Source: Gemmatimonadaceae bacterium (GTDB lineage Bacteria; Gemmatimonadota; Gemmatimonadetes; Gemmatimonadales; Gemmatimonadaceae). Taken from it: a DNA stretch of 26,707 bases. Numbering within the stretch: position 1 is the first letter of the stretch; every line of letters starts with the position of its first letter. The notes below the pieces were generated by a model. It was not told the origin of the DNA. It did not search any database and saw only the letters and a program-made list of their open reading frames with translations. Below, in pieces: positions 18,924-26,707 of this stretch. The position numbers and the translations under genes are program-made. The stretch is from positions 1 through 26,707 of the forward strand of contig DASYXE010000542.1 of NCBI GenBank assembly GCA_035935375.1. The letters are read 5' to 3'.

Positions 18924-20837
18924 CTACCGCGCCGTCAACGGCGTTTCGAGCGCTTCTTGGATCTTGCCGAGCAGGGCGGCGGTGTCGAACGGTTTCTGCA
19001 GCAGCCACGTGTGGCGCGTGGTGATGCCGCGTCGGAGGAGCGCGTCGTCGGCGTAGCCCGATAGGTAGAGCACGCGCATCCCGGGCCGCGCTTCGGACAG
19101 CCTGTCGGCGAGCTCCCGGCCGTTCCATCCCGGCATCACGACGTCCGTGACCAGCAGGTGAATGTCGCCCTTGTGCGCGGCCGCCTCGGCCAGAGCGGCT
19201 TTGGCGTCGGCCGCGGCCAACACGTGATATCCGTGCGCCTCGAGCACGCGCACCACGAGCGCGCGCACCGCGACATCGTCTTCGACGAATAGAATCGTCT
19301 CGTGCCCGCTCGTCGCGACGGCCGGCGTCGCCGACGCGTCCTGCTCGCTCTCGCGTTCCTTGATGCGCGGCAGGTACACCATGAAGGTCGTGCCGACGCC
19401 TTCGGTGCTCGTGACGGTGATGTGACCTGCGCTCTGCGACACGATGCCGTACACGGTGGAGAGACCGAGGCCCGTACCGCGTCCCTGTTCCTTCGTGGTG
19501 AAAAACGGCTCGTACAGATGCGCGAGCACGGCGTCGGACATGCCGTGGCCGCTGTCGGTGACGCGCAGCGTGGCGTATTCGCCCGGCGGCACGGCGCCGA
19601 GCGCGTGGGCGAGCGGCGTCTCGAGCGTGGCGCCGCCGGTCTCGAGCGTGAGCTCGCCGCCGGATGGCATCGCGTCGCGCGCGTTGACGGCGAGATTCAT
19701 GACCACCTGGCCTAACTGGCCGGGGTCCGCGCGGACGGTCTGCGGGCCGTCGTCGTGGCGAATCGTGAGATGGACGTCTTCACCGATCATGCGCGCGAGC
19801 ATGCGCTGCATGTCGTCGACCACGAAATGCAGATCGAGGATGCGCGGCTGGAGCACCTGGCGGCGGCTGAACGCGAGCAGTTGGCCGGTGAGCGAGGCGG
19901 CGCGGCGCGCGGCCTTCTTGATCTCGAGGACGTCGGTGCGCCGGTCGTCGCTCTCCTCGAATGCGCCGAGCAGAATCTCGCTGTAGCAGGTGATGGCGGT
20001 GAGCACGTTGTTGAAGTCGTGCGCCACGCCGCCGGCCAACCGGCCGATGGCGTCCATCTTCCGAGACTGGTGCAGCTCCTCCTCGAGGCGTCGCTGGGCC
20101 GTGAGGTCGCGCACGCTGTAGGCGATCATGCCGGGCACGAAGGCGGCGGACCGCACGTCGAGTACCTGGATCGCGCTCGCCTGTTTGACGCGGTACTCGC
20201 CGCTCGGCAGGACGCCGTGCGGGCGTCCGGGCGAGCTTGCCGGATCGGCATCGCGCAGGCCTAACGCATCGCGCACGGTGAGCGCGCGCAACGCATCGAC
20301 GTCGCGGCCGGCCAGCTGGCAGGCCGCCGGGTTGGCTTCGACGATGTCGCCGTCCTCGGTGGCAATGAGCAGCGCGTCGCCCACGTGCTCGAAGATACGG
20401 CGCAACCGCTCCTGGCTCTCGTGCATCGCCGCCTCGGCGCTCTTCCGGCGCCACCGCTCGGCCGCCCGGTCGACGCTCTGGAGCAGGAACTCCGGCTGCA
20501 CCGGTTTCACGAGGTAGTCGTAGCTCTGCTCGCGGAGCGCGCGCACCGCGCTGTCGAGCGACGCGTTGCCGGTGAGAATCACGACTTCCGTGAGCTGCGA
20601 CACGAGACGCAAATGCCCAACGAGCTCGAACCCATCCATGTCCGGCAGGCGCAGGTCGACCAACGCCACGGCCGGCGGAAGATCCATGTGTGACGCGACT
20701 TCCAGTCCTTTGAGCGCGGTCGCCGCGCCAAACGAGCGATAGCCGCGCAGCGTCAGCAGGTCGCCGATGGTTCGCAACATCTGGTCGTCGTCGTCGACGA
20801 CGAGCACGGCGAGCGGGTCAGCCAGCGAAGATCGCAT
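18924..20837 (-). CDS. Hybrid histidine kinase (REC - PAS - HisKA - HATPase - REC)
   Basis: N-terminal REC (LVDLRLPDMDG); LAGGVAHDFNN H-box; GRGTGLGLSTV; C-terminal REC (LVTDVVMPG); start uncertain. Confidence 0.93.
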   Translation of the reverse strand: MRSSLADPLAVLVVDDDDQMLRTIGDLLTLRGYRSFGAATALKGLEVASHMDLPPAVALVDLRLPDMDGFELVGHLRLVSQLTEVVILTGNASLDSAVRALREQSYDYLVKPVQPEFLLQSVDRAAERWRRKSAEAAMHESQERLRRIFEHVGDALLIATEDGDIVEANPAACQLAGRDVDALRALTVRDALGLRDADPASSPGRPHGVLPSGEYRVKQASAIQVLDVRSAAFVPGMIAYSVRDLTAQRRLEEELHQSRKMDAIGRLAGGVAHDFNNVLTAITCYSEILLGAFEESDDRRTDVLEIKKAARRAASLTGQLLAFSRRQVLQPRILDLHFVVDDMQRMLARMIGEDVHLTIRHDDGPQTVRADPGQLGQVVMNLAVNARDAMPSGGELTLETGGATLETPLAHALGAVPPGEYATLRVTDSGHGMSDAVLAHLYEPFFTTKEQGRGTGLGLSTVYGIVSQSAGHITVTSTEGVGTTFMVYLPRIKERESEQDASATPAVATSGHETILFVEDDVAVRALVVRVLEAHGYHVLAAADAKAALAEAAAHKGDIHLLVTDVVMPGWNGRELADRLSEARPGMRVLYLSGYADDALLRRGITTRHTWLLQKPFDTAALLGKIQEALETPLTAR

Positions 20838-21546
20838 CGAGCAGTTCGAATACCCGATCGGGTGGGAACGGCTTCTGGAGCACGCCGCGAACGAACTTGG
20901 GCGGCAGACTGCCGGTCGTTTGCGCGAGCGCGAGCGGATGGCCGCTGTACAGAATGAGTGCGACCGCCGGACTCACACTTTTTATGGCGAGCACGTTGTC
21001 GCGCGGCTCGAGACCATCGAGCCGCAAGTCCAGCATCACCGCGCCCGGCAACTGCGCCTGGAGCAGCGTGAGCGCTTCGTCCAACGTGCCGGCGCGGAGT
21101 GTTCCGTACCCGCGGGCGGCCACCAGGTCGGCGAGCGTGCGCAGAAAATCGGCGTCGTCGTCTACGATGAGCACACAGCGCGCCTCGGCAATCACGGCGT
21201 CGAGCGTGTCCATCAAGCGGTCGAGCTCGACCGGCTTGGGAAAGACCTGCAGCGCGCCATCACGCTCGGCCTGCGCAAGCAGCTCGGTGGCCGCGTACGC
21301 GGTCATGAGTATGACGCGGAGATCCGGGCGTAAGGCACGCATCTCCCGCAGCGCCTCGACGCCCGTCATGCCCGACATGCGCACGTCCATCAACACGACC
21401 GCGTATTCGTTGACGCGGACCGCGGCCAGGGCTTCCTCGCCGCTGTACACGCCGTCCGTCTCCCAGCCGCGCAGCGACAGGATGTCGCGCAGCGTGCGCA
21501 CCATCAGGCGATCGTCATCGACGACGAGGATGCGACGCTTGCTCAC
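20818..21546 (-). CDS. Tandem receiver (REC-REC) response regulator, no output domain
   Basis: Two receivers, each with acidic pocket, phospho-Asp (LMDVRM; MLDLRL), T/S and KP; GTGA overlap. Confidence 0.88.
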   Translation of the reverse strand: MSKRRILVVDDDRLMVRTLRDILSLRGWETDGVYSGEEALAAVRVNEYAVVLMDVRMSGMTGVEALREMRALRPDLRVILMTAYAATELLAQAERDGALQVFPKPVELDRLMDTLDAVIAEARCVLIVDDDADFLRTLADLVAARGYGTLRAGTLDEALTLLQAQLPGAVMLDLRLDGLEPRDNVLAIKSVSPAVALILYSGHPLALAQTTGSLPPKFVRGVLQKPFPPDRVFELLDAIFAG

Positions 21547-23372
21547 GCCGGTGCTCCGGCCATGGGCACGCGAACGCTGAACGTGCTGCCGGTCCCCAGT
21601 TCGCTCGCGACCGATATCGCACCGCCGTTGGCCGTGACCAACGACCGGGCCACGGACAGGCCTAACCCGAGCCCGCGCGCCTTGGTGGTGAACAGCGGCT
21701 CGAAGATGTGCTGCATGTTCTCCGGGGCGATGCCGCCGCCGGTATCCTGGACGTCCAGGACGGCCATCTGGTTTCCGTCGCGCCGCGCGCGCAGGGTGAG
21801 CGTTCCGTTGCTCTCGCCGATGGCCTGTGCGCCGTTGCTGATGAGATTGAGTACGACCTGGCCTAACTGAACGCGATCGACGTACAGCGGCGGCGCATCG
21901 GGCGGGACATCCACGTGCACGGTGATGCCGGGATGGATCGCGATGCGCTTGAGCTGGTCCGAGAACAGGTCGCGAGCGGCAACGGCTTCTCGCTGCGGCG
22001 CTTTGACGCGCGCCGAGTCGAGGAGATCGCCCACGATGCGCTCGGCGAGCCCGATCTGTGTTCGGAGAATGCCGAGGTACTCGACCACGGTTTGCGGCGC
22101 ATTCTGCAGCACCAGTCCAAGATAGTGCACGGCGTTGGTCATCACGCCGAGCGGGTTGCGCAACTCGTGGCCCACGCCCCCCGCCAGTTGGCCGAGAAAC
22201 GCCAACTTTTCCGTGCGGACGACCTCCTGTTGGGCGAGGCTCAAGCGGTCCAACGCGCCGCGCAGCTCGGTCGTTCGTTCGGCGACGCGCTGCTCGAGGG
22301 TGCGGCGACCGTCTTCGATCTGCGCGGCCATCGAATTGAACGAGACGGCGAGCCGGCCCAGCTCGTCGTCGCGCACCGCGGTCACCCGGCGCGAGTAATC
22401 TCCGGCGGCGATCCCCTCGGATGCTTCGGTGAGGTCGCCCAGCGGTGCCGTTAGGCGGCGGCTCATCATCCACGCGACGCCGGCGCCGATCGCCAGAATG
22501 ATCGCGGCCGTCACCACCAGGCGGACGAGCAACCTGTTGGCCGGCGCCACGACGGTCGACATCGGAAGACCGACCCACACCACCCACGGCGCCGTGTGCA
22601 TGCGCATCACCGAGCCGAGGCGGCCGCCGCTCACGGTATCGCGGATCAGCGATCGCGTGCTGTGCGGATCGAAGGCCGGGCCGGGCACCGGACGCGCCAG
22701 GTCGGTCCACACCGAGTTGTCCTGATCGCCCAACAGAAAGACGGCCGTGGCTCCGATCAGATCGTTGAGCGCCTTCTGCGATTGCGCGGTGCCGAGGTTT
22801 GCGTACTGCACGAGGGTGCCCAACGTATCCGATGCGCCCGCGTGCACGCGCGCCGCGACGTCGATCCAGATCGAATCATGGGTCGCACGCAACGGACTCA
22901 CTTCCGCGTCGCGTCCGGCGGATGGCACGACGAGCGCTCCGTTGGGCGAGAACGACGTCGTGCCCAACACGCGCCGCCCGCCCGCGTCGCGCAGCTCGAT
23001 GCCGAGCGACGTCGGCGAGCGCGCGGCCAGCCGATCGAGCTCGGCCTGCGCCGCCGACCGGGTGTTGTCGTTGGGCGTGCGCAGGAACGCCACGAAGGCC
23101 GGAGCGATTCCCTCCTGCCGCGCGTCGGCCAAAGTGCGCTGCATGGAGCCATCGAGCAGCGACGCCAATTGTTGGGCGACGGCGTCCGTGCGTGCTTCGG
23201 CCGCACGAATGCCCTCGCGTCGCAGGGCCTCGTACGTCAGGACCGCGAACACGGTCATCACGACGATGAGCAGCGCGCAGATGAGAAGCGGCAACGTCCA
23301 CTCGATGGAGCGCCAGCGCGAATGGGAGGCGGACGGCGTCGGCGCCGAGGGGGCGGTAATCGGTTGCGACAT
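21543..23372 (-). CDS. Membrane sensor histidine kinase with extracytoplasmic (Cache-like) domain and HAMP
   Basis: Two TMs; HAMP (DDELGRLAVSFNSM); GHELRNPLG H-box; KARGLGLGLSV; alternative TTG start at 23381. Confidence 0.92.
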   Translation of the reverse strand: MSQPITAPSAPTPSASHSRWRSIEWTLPLLICALLIVVMTVFAVLTYEALRREGIRAAEARTDAVAQQLASLLDGSMQRTLADARQEGIAPAFVAFLRTPNDNTRSAAQAELDRLAARSPTSLGIELRDAGGRRVLGTTSFSPNGALVVPSAGRDAEVSPLRATHDSIWIDVAARVHAGASDTLGTLVQYANLGTAQSQKALNDLIGATAVFLLGDQDNSVWTDLARPVPGPAFDPHSTRSLIRDTVSGGRLGSVMRMHTAPWVVWVGLPMSTVVAPANRLLVRLVVTAAIILAIGAGVAWMMSRRLTAPLGDLTEASEGIAAGDYSRRVTAVRDDELGRLAVSFNSMAAQIEDGRRTLEQRVAERTTELRGALDRLSLAQQEVVRTEKLAFLGQLAGGVGHELRNPLGVMTNAVHYLGLVLQNAPQTVVEYLGILRTQIGLAERIVGDLLDSARVKAPQREAVAARDLFSDQLKRIAIHPGITVHVDVPPDAPPLYVDRVQLGQVVLNLISNGAQAIGESNGTLTLRARRDGNQMAVLDVQDTGGGIAPENMQHIFEPLFTTKARGLGLGLSVARSLVTANGGAISVASELGTGSTFSVRVPMAGAPA

Positions 23373-23597
23373 GATCCCCAACGTGGCGGGTGTAGTGCGA
23401 CGGCCGGGATCCCGTCGCCACCATGAGACGATTCCAATGTTCTTGCGGTCTGCGCGCCGTGATCCAGCGTGTGTTGCTCCGTTAGCCAGGCCGGCGCGCG
23501 GCGGGCCAAGCTCCGGCGCGCCGCGCCGCGACCAACGCTGCCCAACGGACGCGGCCGCTCGCGAGCGTGCTACACTGTGGTCACGGCCATCGAATCG

Positions 23598-24424
23598 TCA
23601 AGTAGCGGTTGCGTAAATACCCGGGGCGCTTTGGCTCACCGTGCGGCGTGCGCGCATCCAGATCACGCCGGCCACCACCGCCGCGAGCGCGATCAGTTGG
23701 GCCATCGTCAGCACGCCGAAGAAGCGATCGTCCTTTGCGCGCAGGAACTCGATGCAGAAGCGCTCGACGCCGGCCAGCACCATGTACACGCCGAACAGCC
23801 ATCCCTCCGCGTGCTTGTGGTCGCGAAGCCGCCAGAGAATGACGAACATGAGGAAGCCCAACGCGACCTCGAACAACTGCGTGGGATACACCGAGAGGAC
23901 AGTGCTCGGCGTGGCGCCGGGTGGGATCGGCAGGTGGAACGTCGCCGCCATCTCGCCGGCGGTCGACGGGGGCGCGCCTTGCGGGAAACTGACCGCGAAC
24001 CGCGAGTGCCACGGCCGGCCGTAGTCATCGCCCACCGCCCAACATCCCGTTCGGCCCAACGCATACGCGGCGGCGATCGCGATGCCGGCGACGTCGGCAA
24101 TGCGCTGCACGCGGAGGCGCTTCATCTTGATGACGAATAACACCGCGAGAATGCCGCCCGCGAGCCCGCCCCAGTACACGAATCCGCCGCGGCTGAAGAG
24201 GTCGCGGGGATCGCCCGTGAGGAAGAAATAGTAGACCTTCGCCCCTATGAGGCCGCCGAACACGGCCGCGAAAATCAGGTCGCTGATCGGTTCCGGGTCG
24301 TGGCCTCGCCGCGCGAGCTCTCGCTGCGAGATGATCTGCGCGATGATGAACGCGAGCAGGACCGCGATTCCGAACCCGGTGAACGAGAACTTGCCGATCG
24401 AGTAGGCGAACGGATGATGAACGG

Positions 24425-24428
<4 letters not shown>
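23598..24428 (-). CDS. lgt: Prolipoprotein diacylglyceryl transferase
   Basis: GGLIGAK, GGFVYWGG, GRTGC...GDDYG, PTQLFE and RFCIEFLR motifs; multi-TM. Confidence 0.9.
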
Positions 24429-25470
<1,042 letters not shown>

Positions 25471-25471
<1 letters not shown>

Positions 25472-26208
25472 CACGGCGCGCGCGTCGGCGTGGCGAGAAT
25501 GTGCAGCCTGATCTGCGGCGGCGACACGCGCATGTGCAGGCCGGCGGTGTCCACGGGGACCAGGAGATCGCTGACGGTGTCGTGCACTTCGATCTGCCGC
25601 CGCTCGGTGTAGACCGCGGTCAGCTTGCGCACGGCATCCCGCGGACCGCGCACGTCGACGCTCTCGGGCTCGACGTTAGGCGGACCCACCAGGTGCAAAC
25701 CGCTATCGGCCGAGATCTCGACCGCCGACCGAACCGGCACGCGGCGCGATTCGGTAATGCGGACGCGCACGCTCATCGCCGACGGCCGCACGTCGCGCAC
25801 GCGTGCATCCACGTTACTGGGCAGATCGACGTCACCGGGGCGCAGCGACAGCGTGACGCGCGTGGCCGTGTCGGCATCGATCACGCGCCTGAGCACCGGC
25901 AGGGTAGAGTAGAGCTTGAGCAGATCGCGGCCGCGGCCCACCACCAGCGCCTGCACCGGCGGCACGCTATCCACGAGCGTCACACTCGAGTCGTGCACCA
26001 GCGCGATACGCACATCGACCCATTCTTCGGTGGGCTCTTCGGCACTCACCGCCAACCACAGCACGAGCGCGAAAAACACGGCGGCGAGCTTGAGCGGCAG
26101 CCGCGCCATGGCCATGGATTGGAGCCGCTGCTCGATCGAGCGCGCGCGGGCGCCTAACTGCTGCCGTGGCGTGGGCAGGGGCGCGGGCGACGAGGGCGGT
26201 GGCACCAT
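25471..26208 (-). CDS. YbbR/CdaR-like membrane-anchored protein (start could be near 26115)
   Basis: Single TM (KLAAVFFALVLWLAVS) followed by two YbbR-like repeats (PVQALVVGRG; EPESVDVRGPRDAV). Confidence 0.75.
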
Positions 26209-26209
26209 C

Positions 26210-26707
26210 TCAGCGCGCCGGTTCGTCGAGCAGCGTGGACACCAGCGCGCGATTGGCGTCGGTGTTCCACAGGGTCGCACCAATGATTTTCTTGCGGATC
26301 ACGCCATCCCGTCCGATGACAAACGTCTCCGGCACGCCGGTGGTCTGATACGTGCGCGCGATGGTGCCCTCTGGATCGTGCAGCACCTGGAACGTCAGGC
26401 CGTAGTGCTGCACGAAATTCCGAATCGCTTGCGTCTTGGTCGGATCATCGATGCTCACGGCCACGATGTGCAGCCCTCGGCTCGCCATCTTCTGCTGCAG
26501 ATCCTCGATGCTCGGCATCTCGACGCGACACGGAATGCAGTACGTCGCCCAGATGTTGAGGAGCACCACTTGTCCGCGATACTGGTCCAACGACACGGTC
26601 CGCGGCGTCGCGTCCAGCGTGACGGCGCGGAAGTCCGGCGCGTGCGAGCCTGCCACCACCGCGCCCTCGCCAAAGAGGTGCGTGGCGCCGAGGAGCGCGA
26701 CGGCCAC
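26210..26707 (-). CDS. TlpA/ResA-family thiol:disulfide oxidoreductase, 5'-truncated
   Basis: LLNIWATYCIPCRVEMP and GVPETFVIGRDG cis-Pro motif; thioredoxin fold. Confidence 0.93.
   Translation of the reverse strand: MAVALLGATHLFGEGAVVAGSHAPDFRAVTLDATPRTVSLDQYRGQVVLLNIWATYCIPCRVEMPSIEDLQQKMASRGLHIVAVSIDDPTKTQAIRNFVQHYGLTFQVLHDPEGTIARTYQTTGVPETFVIGRDGVIRKKIIGATLWNTDANRALVSTLLDEPAR

Noticed and set aside
10753-24080. HIP1 octamer GCGATCGC
   Set aside because: Only about three copies seen (10753, 22649, 24073), unremarkable at this GC content

Overview
High-GC (about 70%, estimated by eye), gene-dense bacterial chromosomal segment whose gene set and style resemble Gemmatimonadota (this assignment is an inference). 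It holds about 26 CDS and no recognisable tRNA, rRNA, CRISPR array or mobile element. There are three signalling clusters: a 3xPAS hybrid kinase with a GAFTGA-less NtrC-like regulator; an OmpR-type pair divergent from an APC amino-acid permease; and a HAMP kinase / REC-REC / hybrid kinase relay with no output domain. The window also has a coupled DMT-HAD-CYTH-hypothetical-acpS operon, a cytochrome c/FTR1 permease, an FMO, an AP-superfamily hydrolase, a DUF4097 protein and the end of a tlpA-ybbR(cdaR)-tsaD-lgt operon. The most striking signal is not a gene. The non-palindromic heptamer GTTRGGC/GCCYAAC occurs about 60 times by hand count (28 GTTAGGC, about 32 GTTGGGC), nearly always inside coding sequence and on both strands, and it accounts for most of the otherwise very rare TTA codons. 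It behaves like a HIP1- or DUS-type iterated genome signature, or like the scar of a methylation/repair system. Other points worth a look are an 8-Cys FYVE/B-box-like mini-protein, several apparently leaderless promoters, 11-bp-phased CTGAC repeats, a 119-bp tail-to-tail overlap and a cdaR-like gene with no adjacent cdaA.
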